Program-made: the position numbers and the translations under genes | Notes under the pieces: generated by a model | Databases searched by the model: none | Told to the model about the DNA's origin: nothing | The model's input: the letters and a program-made list of their open reading frames with translations, nothing else | Part shown: piece by piece, positions 8,730-18,042 of the stretch | How the letters are laid out: each line of letters opens with the position of its first letter | How positions within the stretch are numbered: position 1 is the stretch's first letter | Assembly (NCBI GenBank): GCA_964394965.1 | Contig: CAYMZV010000001.1 | Span: 1-47,907 of the forward strand | DNA from: an uncultured Chryseobacterium sp. | GTDB taxonomy: Bacteria; Bacteroidota; Bacteroidia; Palsa-965 | Direction: 5' to 3' | DNA length: 47,907 bases

Positions 8730-9653
8730 ATGAGCTTATTAGTCGTTGGAACCGTCGCATTTGACGCAATTGAGACCCCTTTTGGTAAAACCGACAAGAT
8801 TATCGGAGGGGCGGCAACCTACATTTCACTGGCTGCATCGTATTTCACGAAAAACATTCATCTCGTTTCGGTCGTGGGAGATGATTTTCCCAATGAATCG
8901 CTGGAAATGTTGAAGAAACACGGCGTGGTGCTCGATGGATTGCAAATCAAGGAAGGACAAAAATCCTTTTTCTGGTCGGGGCGTTATCATAATGACATGA
9001 ATACGCGCGATACGCTGATCACGGAATTGAATGTGCTTGCCGATTTCGATCCGGTTGTTCCGGAATCAGCCCGCGAATGCGATTTTCTCATGCTCGGCAA
9101 TCTCATGCCTGTAGTGCAGCAAAAAGTGATGAACCAATTGAAAAAACGCCCGAAACTGATTGTGCTCGACACCATGAATTTCTGGATGGATACCGCCATG
9201 GATGAGCTGATGAAAACAATTGCGGTGGTGGATGTGCTGACAGTGAATGATGCAGAAGCGCGACAACTTTCGGGAGAATATTCCCTGGTGAAAGCGGCAC
9301 AGAAAATTTTGGCGATGGGACCGAAAGTGCTGATCATTAAAAAGGGGGAACACGGTGCATTGCTGTTCAACAAGGAGCAGGTCTTTTTCGCGCCGGCACT
9401 TCCGCTCGAAGATGTTTTTGATCCGACAGGAGCCGGAGACAGTTTTGCAGGCGGATTCATCGGTTATCTCGCCGAAACAAAAGATATTTCTTTCGACAAT
9501 ATGAAACGTGCAATCATTTTCGGTTCGGCAATGGCATCTTTCACGGTTGAAAAATTCGGTGTGGAAAGGTTGATGGGATTGACCCAGGATCAAGTGGACG
9601 AACGTGTGCAGGAATTCATTGATCTCGTTCAATTTGATATTTCACTGGTGTAA
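8730..9653 (+). CDS. PfkB/ribokinase-family sugar kinase
   Basis: 307-aa ORF with ribokinase-like layout and the C-terminal signature DPTGAGDSFAGGF. Confidence 0.85.
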   Translation: MSLLVVGTVAFDAIETPFGKTDKIIGGAATYISLAASYFTKNIHLVSVVGDDFPNESLEMLKKHGVVLDGLQIKEGQKSFFWSGRYHNDMNTRDTLITELNVLADFDPVVPESARECDFLMLGNLMPVVQQKVMNQLKKRPKLIVLDTMNFWMDTAMDELMKTIAVVDVLTVNDAEARQLSGEYSLVKAAQKILAMGPKVLIIKKGEHGALLFNKEQVFFAPALPLEDVFDPTGAGDSFAGGFIGYLAETKDISFDNMKRAIIFGSAMASFTVEKFGVERLMGLTQDQVDERVQEFIDLVQFDISLV

Positions 9654-9676
9654 AAGGAAAAACGGTTTCAAAAAAC

Positions 9677-9709
9677 AAAACCACTTGTCATAATGGCAAG
9701 TGGTTTTTT
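9677..9709 (+). terminator. Intrinsic terminator after the PfkB-kinase gene
   Basis: AAAACCACTTG-TCATAATGG-CAAGTGGTTTT stem followed by a T run. The sequence closely resembles the hairpin at 8466-8500. Confidence 0.6.
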
Positions 9710-9751
9710 CATGGATTGGATTTCGACACAATCGGAAAACTTCCTGATTGA

Positions 9752-10630
9752 TTATCTGTTCTTGTCCGCTGGCGTCGGATACAAAATCCTGAACGCATTG
9801 AAAACAGCCTGGTGTTCGATTGTCGCGTGATCTTCCTGCGGCAAATAATCATAATAGACAGAGACATTTTTACTTTGTGTGTTTTTTATTTTTTCCACCA
9901 ATAAATTTGCATCCACTTCCATCACATGCGGCGTGCTGCTCGGCGCAAGTCCCTCTTTTCCCACTCCGATGTAAATATCCGTCTGCTGCGAAAAATTCCC
10001 CAACAAAATATCCGATGGCTGATTCAACAATGAACCATTGTCCCACCATAAACTCGGACTGATAATGATGTACTTATTGAACAGGGTCGGTTTCTTCAAT
10101 AGAATCTCCGTTGCCAAAAGTCCTCCCAACGATTCGCCGATGATTGTTTTCGCAGTTGTTGTCTTGTATTTTTTTTCGATGAACGGTTGCAGTTCCTTTT
10201 CCAGAAACGCAATGAAATTATCGGAATGTCCGGCGGTGGGAAATCTTTTCTTGTCTTCTTCCACGGTTGTCGGATAAGTGAAATCCCTTTTGCGGTCGAC
10301 ATTTGCAATTCCCACCACAATCGATTTTGGAACACGGTTGATCCACGGAAAACTGTTGAATTGAACGAGGCCCACTATGTGAATGAAATCTTCGTCGGCA
10401 GATCCGTCGAGCAAATAAATAACGGGATATCTGACCGTATCGTTTTTGTTGTAGCCGTCGGGAAGATAAATGTTCAGGATTCTTTTTTCATGCAATTGCA
10501 CCGATTGTATTTCGTCAATGACGCCGAGTACAAACGGTTTGCTGCTGTCGGTTTGCGTTGGCTGGACGGTTTGTGCAAACGCAAGTGAGGTGAAAAAACT
10601 CAGGATGAAAATTGCGGTTGGTATTTTCAT
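9752..10630 (-). CDS. Secreted alpha/beta-hydrolase ('putative esterase' / siderophore-esterase-like family)
   Basis: 292 aa with signal peptide MKIPTAIFILSFFTSLAFAQ and nucleophile elbow GESLGG. PVIYLLDGSADEDF and ISPSLWW are typical of this esterase family. Confidence 0.8.
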   Translation of the reverse strand: MKIPTAIFILSFFTSLAFAQTVQPTQTDSSKPFVLGVIDEIQSVQLHEKRILNIYLPDGYNKNDTVRYPVIYLLDGSADEDFIHIVGLVQFNSFPWINRVPKSIVVGIANVDRKRDFTYPTTVEEDKKRFPTAGHSDNFIAFLEKELQPFIEKKYKTTTAKTIIGESLGGLLATEILLKKPTLFNKYIIISPSLWWDNGSLLNQPSDILLGNFSQQTDIYIGVGKEGLAPSSTPHVMEVDANLLVEKIKNTQSKNVSVYYDYLPQEDHATIEHQAVFNAFRILYPTPADKNR

Positions 10631-10806
10631 TTCTTCATTGGTTTTGATTCTTCTAATTTATCAATTCGTGAAGAGTGGTGCAATATCTTTTTCTCGGCGC
10701 AATTCATCGGGCAAGAAATAATTCTTCAATGGGATTTTTGTCACAACGCGCGAAGGCACGGTGTTTTCGGACTGACTCCCAATAAAAAACAATTGCGTCG
10801 CTTGTT

Positions 10807-12918
10807 TCATCCGACTTCCATCCAATCCACAAAAACCAAATTCGATTTTCCTTCGTGTTCCATCCGCACAAAAACACCAACAGGAATGATTTCGTTCGGA
10901 ATGATTTTTTCGTCTTCGTTTTTTGTCCTGATGTAAATGATATTCGTCTCGACATTTTCAACCAGAATGTATTTTGACAATTCCACTTCAAACCAATCGG
11001 GAAATCCGTTGATCGTCAATCTTTTTTTCACCATTCCGGAAAAGGGCAATTGCGAACTGGTTTTTTCACTCGCCTCTCCTGCCGAAAAATTGAGCGTGAA
11101 TCCGGCAAGCAAATTCCGTCTGCGTTTTCTGGTGTTGCCGAGAATTTCCGAAGGAAGCAATCCGCTGAAGAATTCTATTTTCATCCATTGTTCGGGAACG
11201 ATTGAAATGTTTGACAGGCGAACCGACAGAAAGAAAATCAGGTATCCGCCCGACAGGAATGCGTTCAACAGGGTCTTGTTTCCGATTGCCGTTCCATAAA
11301 CAAAACACGTTCCGGTGTATTCGATTGCAAAAACCAGTACCAATGCGCCTGCAATGAAACTTGCCAACCGCGAAGTGTTCAACTCGAACGACCCGGGTTT
11401 TGTTTTTTCCCCGAGGGATTGGTTCAGTGCGTTGTTCAGGAATGAAACATAGACAAGCATCTCCGACAAAAAGAAAAACAGCGTAACAATGGCGAGCGAA
11501 TGCACCTTGTCGTTCAACAACCAGAAATCATAAAATCCGTGTGCGAAAGCGGCGAAGAGAAAAAACAGTGGAATGATCCAGAATTTTTTCGGGTGGCGGA
11601 ATTTTACCAAAACAAATCCATACGCTGCGATTGCGCTCGAAGCCATGTGCGATACGGATGCCGTGAGCGCGCGCGAATGAATGACCTCCAATCCGTATTG
11701 CGAAATGTACAGGAGATTTTCAAAAAATGCGAAACCCAATCCCGCTGCGGATGCGATGAGCAAATAGTCAACCGGTTTTTTGATGATATTGGTGAAATGC
11801 AATAAAATGAGAAACGGAATGAGCTTCACCAATTCCTCAATGAGACCGATTCCGAGAAATGAAAAAAGAAAATCGTTGCCGATATTTCCGTTCGTCCAGA
11901 AATGCAGCACGTGATGGTAAAATTGGTACAGCAGCCACGACCCCATAGCCAAAACCGCTCCGATTCCAATGGCAAGAAAAAAATGTTTCCATTTGATGGG
12001 CGACAAAAAACTGAGCATGCGCAAAAAAACCAGCCACGTAAATAAGATCAGGAAGTCGCCGAGGATTCCCCAGAGCGGCAAGGAGCCGAGCATTTTTGAA
12101 AATTTCAATTTGTAAAAAGACATCAAATCGCCTTCGAGAAAATATTCCTTGTAGCGGATTTCTTCCGGAACGGCATTCGCACTTTCCGGATCGGCAAGCA
12201 ATTTTTTTAGTTCGTCCCGTCTGTCGGACAAGTCGTAAATGATGGCAAGATTTTCCCACGCTCCTGTTTTGTATCCGTCGACAATGATTTCCGTAAGGAA
12301 ATGCGGTTCGGCGGCTTCGGGTCCCGCTTCGTACATGAGGATTTTCCCTTGCGTGTAATTCAGGTATTTCATCAGCTTGTTTTTCACCTGCCGCAAATAA
12401 AAGGAAGCATTCTCATTGTCGTGATCGCTGGACTCGATGTACCAATTGGCGAGAAATAAATTCCCGATCTCATTGGCTGTGGAATCATTTTCCCTGACGG
12501 AGAGATCGGCGTAATAATTGAAAATCCGAAATCCCTCCTCGTTGAATGCGCGTTGATCGGGAGGGGAAAACGATTCTTCCTGTTGGAGAAAATGGTGGTG
12601 AATCAACTGGAAATTGTAATCGAGATCGTTCGGCGATTTTCGGATTTTATTCCACAGCGCATTGGTCACGAGCCACGGCTGGTGTGTTTTTTCGCCGAAT
12701 GAAATCTGTTTGTCGTCATCGGGAAATTTCGGTTCTGGAGAGGAGATCGTAAATGCAATCCAGATGGCAATGAGGGAAGTGAGTGCGGCAATGAGAAAAT
12801 TGAAATCGCCGAAATCGAAAAAATTCCGTTTGTGAATCCTGTCATCCTTGAATTTCCACCACAATAAATAGCCGGCCATGATGAAAAGCCAAACTATTAT
12901 TATTTTGAGAATCAACAT
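10807..12918 (-). CDS. PrsW-family intramembrane metalloprotease with large extra N- and C-terminal domains
   Basis: PrsW motifs sit in a polytopic core: EELVK (GLIEELVKLIPFL), FAFFEN and HGFYD. The listed ORF reaches 13119, but I prefer the ATG at 12918 (MLILKIIIVWLF...), because the extension overlaps the divergent msrA promoter region. Confidence 0.75.
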   Translation of the reverse strand: MLILKIIIVWLFIMAGYLLWWKFKDDRIHKRNFFDFGDFNFLIAALTSLIAIWIAFTISSPEPKFPDDDKQISFGEKTHQPWLVTNALWNKIRKSPNDLDYNFQLIHHHFLQQEESFSPPDQRAFNEEGFRIFNYYADLSVRENDSTANEIGNLFLANWYIESSDHDNENASFYLRQVKNKLMKYLNYTQGKILMYEAGPEAAEPHFLTEIIVDGYKTGAWENLAIIYDLSDRRDELKKLLADPESANAVPEEIRYKEYFLEGDLMSFYKLKFSKMLGSLPLWGILGDFLILFTWLVFLRMLSFLSPIKWKHFFLAIGIGAVLAMGSWLLYQFYHHVLHFWTNGNIGNDFLFSFLGIGLIEELVKLIPFLILLHFTNIIKKPVDYLLIASAAGLGFAFFENLLYISQYGLEVIHSRALTASVSHMASSAIAAYGFVLVKFRHPKKFWIIPLFFLFAAFAHGFYDFWLLNDKVHSLAIVTLFFFLSEMLVYVSFLNNALNQSLGEKTKPGSFELNTSRLASFIAGALVLVFAIEYTGTCFVYGTAIGNKTLLNAFLSGGYLIFFLSVRLSNISIVPEQWMKIEFFSGLLPSEILGNTRKRRRNLLAGFTLNFSAGEASEKTSSQLPFSGMVKKRLTINGFPDWFEVELSKYILVENVETNIIYIRTKNEDEKIIPNEIIPVGVFVRMEHEGKSNLVFVDWMEVG

Positions 12919-13133
12919 TTGAATGCTAAAGTAGGAATGAAAAATGATGAATGACGGATGATGAATTTTCTTTTTTTCCCTTACTGAAATCTTAAGCGGG
13001 AAATTTTTTCTGAAATAGCCCCGTCCCGATGCTTCGGGATGGAAAGCGGGAACAGGGTTTGTAGAAAAGGAAATGTTGCGCTCCAACCAATGTTTAATCT
13101 GCAGATCATCAGTTTCCACATTTGCACATTGGC

Positions 13134-13141
13134 TATCTTTG
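13134..13141 (+). promoter_or_regulatory. Candidate -7 promoter box (TAnnTTTG) for msrA
   Basis: Exact TATCTTTG lies 33 nt upstream of the ATG at 13174 and 72 nt upstream of the ATG at 13213. Confidence 0.35.
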
Positions 13142-13212
13142 TCAATAGGAAAAGCCTGTTAAAATTCCACAAAATGAAATCCGTTTCCATGTCTTTCAAC
13201 GTAATTCCCTGC

Positions 13213-13878
13213 ATGAAACGATTTCTCTATCTGCTGTCCACCTTGCTTCTCGGAAGCGCGTTTACAGCCTGCGGACAAACGAACGCAGCCGACAAAAAAA
13301 ACAACGATAGCGCGAATAAAAAATCAACCACTATGTCAACAACAAATATGGATACTGCAACTTTTGGTGCCGGATGCTTCTGGTGTTGCGAAGCTGTTTT
13401 CGAAGAATTGAAAGGCGTTCAATCCGTGACTTCCGGGTTTTCTGGCGGGACAACAAAAAACCCTTCGTACGAGGATGTGTGTACGGGAGCAACCGGACAT
13501 GCGGAAGTGTGCAACATTGTTTATGACACCACCGTGATTTCGTTTGATGAATTGCTTGCCGTTTTTTGGGAAATGCACGATCCGACACAACTGAACCGCC
13601 AGGGAAATGATGTGGGAACGCAATACCGTTCGGTTATATTTTATCACAACGACGCGCAAAAGAAAAAAGCGGAATATTACAAGCAACAGCTCACCGAAAA
13701 AAATACGTGGGGAAAACCGGTGGTGACTGAAATTTCCCCGTTCACTGTTTTTTATCCGGCGGAAAATTATCATCAGGATTATTATTCACAGAATGGCGAA
13801 CAGCCGTATTGCCAATATGTGATCAAGCCGAAAGTGGAAAAGTTCAGGGAAGTCTTCAAAGATAAATTGAAGGATTGA
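13213..13878 (+). CDS. msrA: Peptide-methionine (S)-S-oxide reductase MsrA with a lipoprotein-type signal peptide
   Basis: Active-site motif GAGCFWCCEAVF with a typical MsrA core (GHAEV, YRSVIFY, YHQDYY). N-terminus MKRFLYLLSTLLLGSAFTAC has a lipobox. An alternative in-frame ATG is at 13174; the ORF extension to 13039 is unlikely. Confidence 0.9.
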   Translation: MKRFLYLLSTLLLGSAFTACGQTNAADKKNNDSANKKSTTMSTTNMDTATFGAGCFWCCEAVFEELKGVQSVTSGFSGGTTKNPSYEDVCTGATGHAEVCNIVYDTTVISFDELLAVFWEMHDPTQLNRQGNDVGTQYRSVIFYHNDAQKKKAEYYKQQLTEKNTWGKPVVTEISPFTVFYPAENYHQDYYSQNGEQPYCQYVIKPKVEKFREVFKDKLKD

Positions 13879-13895
13879 TTCAGGAATCACCAATG

Positions 13896-13929
13896 AAAAA
13901 CGCCGGAGAGAATTTCTTCGGCGTTTTTT
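13896..13929 (+). terminator. Intrinsic terminator after msrA
   Basis: AAAAACGCCG...CGGCGTTTTT stem followed by a T run. Confidence 0.65.
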
Positions 13930-13954
13930 ATTGCAGTGACCGTTTGAACGATGG

Positions 13955-14233
13955 CTATTTCATTTTTTTTATTCGCGCCATCTTGATGACGTAAACAATA
14001 ACCAGGATCATTCCCAATCCGAGAAACAAGGTTGTTCCGCCGATTTTTCCCATTGAAAGATAAACCGCTGCAATGAGTGAAGGCACCTTTGTGTCGGAAT
14101 TGTTTTCGGCGTAAGTGACAAAGCAGAAATAGATGACGGCAAGAACATCGGCCGCGACTGCACCAACCAAAATCCTTTTCGCAAGCGATTTTTGCAGGTC
14201 GATATCTTGTTTGGAAGGGTTGTTCTGTTCCAT
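13955..14233 (-). CDS. Small hypothetical membrane protein (two predicted TM helices)
   Basis: 92 aa from the ATG at 14233 (MEQNNPSKQDIDLQK...) with two hydrophobic stretches. I did not recognise a family. The longer ORF to 14326 looks like read-through of noncoding sequence. Confidence 0.5.
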   Translation of the reverse strand: MEQNNPSKQDIDLQKSLAKRILVGAVAADVLAVIYFCFVTYAENNSDTKVPSLIAAVYLSMGKIGGTTLFLGLGMILVIVYVIKMARIKKMK

Positions 14234-14382
14234 GGCGATGAAATGTTTTGCCAAGAATAGTGAAAAAAATTCAAGGGGAAAATTTGAGTTGCGTTGTGGG
14301 ATTTTGCCACAAAAGCACGAAGACACGAAGGTTTGAATTGAGAGTTAAAAAAATTATCGCCTGGAATGCTTTTTCAAGCGGC

Positions 14383-15225
14383 TTATTTTATTTCCTCAAT
14401 CTTCGAAACATTGATCAGCACTTTGGTAAAATGATGTGCCGAGATTCCGTGCGTGAGTGTACCGGTGATGCGCACTTTTTTATTGAGCAGCGGCTGAATC
14501 ATTTTATCGTCACCGATGAGTTGAATGCGATCCACATTCTTTTCCGTCACGTCCAATCCTTCATGCGTTTGTGCCGGCGTCGCAATCACGTTGAGCGGTT
14601 GCGAAGGCCAGATCACATCGTATTTTTCCTTGTTGTCGCTTTTTGGATCGCCTCCTTTTGCATTCGCACTGAAACCGGTATTCTCCTCCATCAATCCTTC
14701 AACCGTAACGGTTTCCGGCTCGTATTTCACATCAACGGCTTGCGCTTTTTTCAGGTCGGTGATGTCATCGCTTTCGGTAACGATTTTCCAGATTCCATTT
14801 TGTTTCGCGTAAATGAGCGATGCAGGATACGTTGAAGTGCTGTCGTGCACCGTCACTTTTTTCGTGATCCTTATTTTCCAACTGCCGTCGGGTTGCTGCT
14901 CTTCGCTGATGTATTCGGCCAACTTCATTTTATAATCGGGGTGTGCCGTGAAATAGGCTTCCTGCCGTTTCACCACATCGTCGCCGGAAATCCTGTCGCC
15001 ATAATACAAAACCGTATCCGCATAAAATGATTTCATGATCGGCGCATTTTTCAAATCGAGCGATGCCGTCCAACTTTCAGTGAGCGATTCCCAACTGGAT
15101 GCGGTATCTTTTTTCATTACGGAAACAGTTACGGAAGAATCGGAATTGTTTCCTGCGGATTTATTGTTGCTGCAGGAACAGACAACAAATGCGATGGGGA
15201 GAAGTGGGAGAAACAGTTGGCGCAT
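14383..15225 (-). CDS. Hypothetical lipoprotein
   Basis: 280-aa ORF with a lipoprotein signal (LPLLPIAFVVCSC). Coding-like composition; family not recognised with confidence. Confidence 0.6.
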   Translation of the reverse strand: MRQLFLPLLPIAFVVCSCSNNKSAGNNSDSSVTVSVMKKDTASSWESLTESWTASLDLKNAPIMKSFYADTVLYYGDRISGDDVVKRQEAYFTAHPDYKMKLAEYISEEQQPDGSWKIRITKKVTVHDSTSTYPASLIYAKQNGIWKIVTESDDITDLKKAQAVDVKYEPETVTVEGLMEENTGFSANAKGGDPKSDNKEKYDVIWPSQPLNVIATPAQTHEGLDVTEKNVDRIQLIGDDKMIQPLLNKKVRITGTLTHGISAHHFTKVLINVSKIEEIK

Positions 15226-15234
15226 AAAAAATAA

Positions 15235-16104
15235 TTATTGCACGAATGGAATGAGTCCGCGTACACCCATGTCAACAACGGTGTCGCCATTGAGTGGTTC
15301 GTAAATGCCCGGCGTACTGTGTTCAACCCATTCGAAACTATGGTTGGTGGAAAGCGATACGACAATATGAATGTCATTGGTTTCATTTCCGGTGATGGTA
15401 AGCGGAGAGGAAAATTGTCCCGTCACCACACACGATCCTTGTGGAATCGGAGAGGTTGCAAAAATCGGATTCGGAACAGTTGTCGCTCCCGGAGGCGCCT
15501 GCCCTTGTGTCACCTGTGAAAAAGCTTCAAACGCCCAATAACCCTGTGCCTTGTTTGCGTTGATGGTGACAGGAATGGTATTGGGTTTATAGGTCCTGAT
15601 GTACGTGTTGAATCCGATGAACGATGCGAGCCTTCCTGTGAAATCAACACTGTTCGCACGAACTTTCACATCGTAATTCTGATACGCAAGTGAAACGCGA
15701 ATGTAATTGTAGGAACCGGGCGCAATGTTTTTCAATGGAATGGAAAAAAATTCCTGTCCTTCCCCCACCACATGCGAACTGTCGAAATCAATTGCATTCG
15801 GTCCGCCCAAAGTGGTTTCAGGTGCGCGATAAAGAACAGCGCCTCCGCCAAGTGCAGTGTACATGCTCGGATCCAATTCAATGTAATGTGACGACATCAA
15901 ATGAAAGACGGGACATTGCGCACCATGATTTGCAGGTACTGTGGAAATCTGTCCGAGATTATCGAGACGGACTTGTGTGCTGTCGAATTTGAAAGTGAAG
16001 ATCAATCGCTTTGCTGGAGGATTCGGATCGGGAGCCACATCTTTTTTGCAGGCGATCACCAGCAAAACCGAAACAACAACGGAAAAACGGAGAAAATTTT
16101 TCAT
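15235..16104 (-). CDS. Hypothetical lipoprotein
   Basis: ATG at 16104 gives MKNFLRFSVVVSVLLVIACKKD (lipobox). 289 aa, beta-rich, family not recognised. Separated by 9 nt from the downstream lipoprotein gene, so probably co-transcribed. Confidence 0.6.
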   Translation of the reverse strand: MKNFLRFSVVVSVLLVIACKKDVAPDPNPPAKRLIFTFKFDSTQVRLDNLGQISTVPANHGAQCPVFHLMSSHYIELDPSMYTALGGGAVLYRAPETTLGGPNAIDFDSSHVVGEGQEFFSIPLKNIAPGSYNYIRVSLAYQNYDVKVRANSVDFTGRLASFIGFNTYIRTYKPNTIPVTINANKAQGYWAFEAFSQVTQGQAPPGATTVPNPIFATSPIPQGSCVVTGQFSSPLTITGNETNDIHIVVSLSTNHSFEWVEHSTPGIYEPLNGDTVVDMGVRGLIPFVQ

Positions 16105-16297
16105 TGGGAAATGGTTGACCGAAGAACCCCTTCGGAACGGCTGCAAGATACGAAGGGAAAAGGAATTCTGAATTTTGAGTGCTGAATTTTAAATTCCATT
16201 TAATCTTTTCAATACTAAAATTTAAAATCCATAGTCAACAATTTCCTTTCTCGGGAAAAGCGTTATCACAACTTCGCCATACCGTGTGGTCGGCCCG

Positions 16298-17056
16298 CTA
16301 TTTTTTATTTCTCCATTCCTTCAAATGCCCGATCATCATCTCTCTCACTTTTTCTTTCAATGCAGGCAAATCTTCCAGCGTCATTCCTCTTGTCTCGATC
16401 GGTTTGTCCCACACACCATAAATGGGTCCGGGTGCAAATTCAACGGGATGATTCGGTGAAAGTTTTTCTCCGCTGTTCAGGATTGTCAAAACCGCTATCG
16501 GGGTTTTGGTGAGAATCGCCAAGCGGAAAGCGCCATCGCGGAATTCCAAAAGTGGCGGATCCAATTTTCTATTGCGTGTTCCTTCGGGACAAAGAAAAAC
16601 GGAAATGTTTTCGTCCAGCGATTTTTTCATGATCTCGATGCTGCGGTTCCTGTCGGCACGGTCAGCGCGATTGACGGACATGTAGAGGTTGCGGATGATG
16701 AAACCCATCAACGGGATTTTCGTCAATTCCGCTTTTGCCAAAAAACGAAACGTGTTTTTGCAGGCCAGGGCGTAAATGGGAATGTCCAATTGTGACCGGT
16801 GATTCGCAACAATGACATACGTTTTTTCCGGATCAACGAATTCGGTGTTCTTGATTTTTGCTGGAATGAAAAAAAGCCAAGTCAGGATTCTCGCCCAACT
16901 CCGCGAAATGATTTGGTGTGCGATGTGCGGCGATTTTTTTTTCGGGAAAACAAGGAATACGAATGCGTAGAGGATGGTGGTGACTAGCATCGTCGTCACA
17001 AAAACGAGCAGTGCATAAATTCCGTAAAGTGTTTTCAGTATGCGGATGAAAATCAT
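16298..17056 (-). CDS. plsC: 1-acyl-sn-glycerol-3-phosphate acyltransferase
   Basis: 252 aa with an N-terminal TM segment and acyltransferase motifs NHRSQLD (HX4D) and CPEGTRN. Confidence 0.85.
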   Translation of the reverse strand: MIFIRILKTLYGIYALLVFVTTMLVTTILYAFVFLVFPKKKSPHIAHQIISRSWARILTWLFFIPAKIKNTEFVDPEKTYVIVANHRSQLDIPIYALACKNTFRFLAKAELTKIPLMGFIIRNLYMSVNRADRADRNRSIEIMKKSLDENISVFLCPEGTRNRKLDPPLLEFRDGAFRLAILTKTPIAVLTILNSGEKLSPNHPVEFAPGPIYGVWDKPIETRGMTLEDLPALKEKVREMMIGHLKEWRNKK

Positions 17057-17133
17057 GGGGGAATTTTCGATTGGCGATTTTAGATTTCAGATTGAAAATA
17101 AATTAAAAATCTGCATTCCAGAATCTATTTTTT

Positions 17134-18042
17134 TCACTCGCTGAACACCAGCCCTTTTCTGTTCTTCGCCAAATGGTTTTCATACAACAGGTGAATCAAT
17201 CCATCGGCCATTCCAATTTGTGGAATATATATTTTCTGTATTCCGGCATTTTTCATTACGGCAAGAAAAATTTTTCCCGCAGGCACAATCACGTCCGCGC
17301 GGTCGGGATTCAATCCGAGAATTTCTATGCGTTCCTGAAGCGTGAATGAACTGATGAAGTCATTCAGCTCCGTCAATTTTTTATACGACAGCGGACGGTT
17401 CTGTTTTTTGCGCGACATCTTGAAAATCTTGTTGATGTTTCCACCCGAACCGATTCCCGTCAATGGATGATAATCCTTGGTCACCTTTTTTATCCACTCC
17501 TTGAATTCCGTCCACAGCTCCTTGCTTACAATGTCGTTGAGGAATCGGATCGTTCCCACATTGAAAGAGCGTGAGGCAACAACCGTCCCTTTCGAAAACA
17601 GGGTCAATTCCGTACTTCCGCCACCCACATCGATGTACAGGTAATCGCTTTCGGAACTCATGTGTTCTGCAATGTGATTGGAATAGATGATCTGCGCTTC
17701 CGTTTTTCCATTGATGATTTCAATGGCGATTCCCGATTCATTCAAGACGTGTTCGGCAATTTCCACGCCGTTGGCCGCTTCACGCATTGCCGAAGTTGCA
17801 CAAGCCTTGTAATCGATCACCTCATGAAAATCCATGATGTGGCGAAACGATTTCATGGCAAGGATGAGCTTGTCTACCTTTTCCTTGGGAATTTTCTTGT
17901 GGATGAAAGCATCGTCGCCGAGACGCAACGGGATGCGGACTAAATCTGCTTTTTTGAAAATCGGGCCATTCTTGCTCTCGTAAACATTTCCGAGTAACAG
18001 GCGAACTGCATTTGAACCAATATCAATGGCGGCGAACTTCAA
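17134..18042 (-). CDS. ppx: Ppx/GppA-family exopolyphosphatase
   Basis: 302 aa with actin-like ATPase motifs AAIDIGSNAVRLL and DVGGGSTE. Overlaps the ppk stop region by 20 nt. Confidence 0.85.
   Translation of the reverse strand: MKFAAIDIGSNAVRLLLGNVYESKNGPIFKKADLVRIPLRLGDDAFIHKKIPKEKVDKLILAMKSFRHIMDFHEVIDYKACATSAMREAANGVEIAEHVLNESGIAIEIINGKTEAQIIYSNHIAEHMSSESDYLYIDVGGGSTELTLFSKGTVVASRSFNVGTIRFLNDIVSKELWTEFKEWIKKVTKDYHPLTGIGSGGNINKIFKMSRKKQNRPLSYKKLTELNDFISSFTLQERIEILGLNPDRADVIVPAGKIFLAVMKNAGIQKIYIPQIGMADGLIHLLYENHLAKNRKGLVFSE

Noticed and set aside
12919-13212. N-terminal extensions of the PrsW ORF (to 13119) and of the msrA ORF (from 13039), which would overlap each other
   Set aside because: The two extensions are mutually overlapping on opposite strands. 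They lack hydrophobic or signal logic and contain the promoter-like TATCTTTG box and a hairpin (CCGTCCCGA-TGCT-TCGGGATGG). The internal starts give canonical N-termini.
14290-14330. CCACAAAAGCACGAAGACACGAAGG, a word-like motif reminiscent of short dispersed intergenic repeats seen in some Bacteroidota genomes
   Set aside because: Only one copy is in the window, with no internal symmetry. It cannot be evaluated without the rest of the genome.
15235-16104. MbnP-like copper-binding protein assignment for the 289-aa lipoprotein
   Set aside because: There was only a vague resemblance in size and beta-rich character. No partner di-haem peroxidase (MbnH-like) gene is adjacent and I could not point to any conserved motif.
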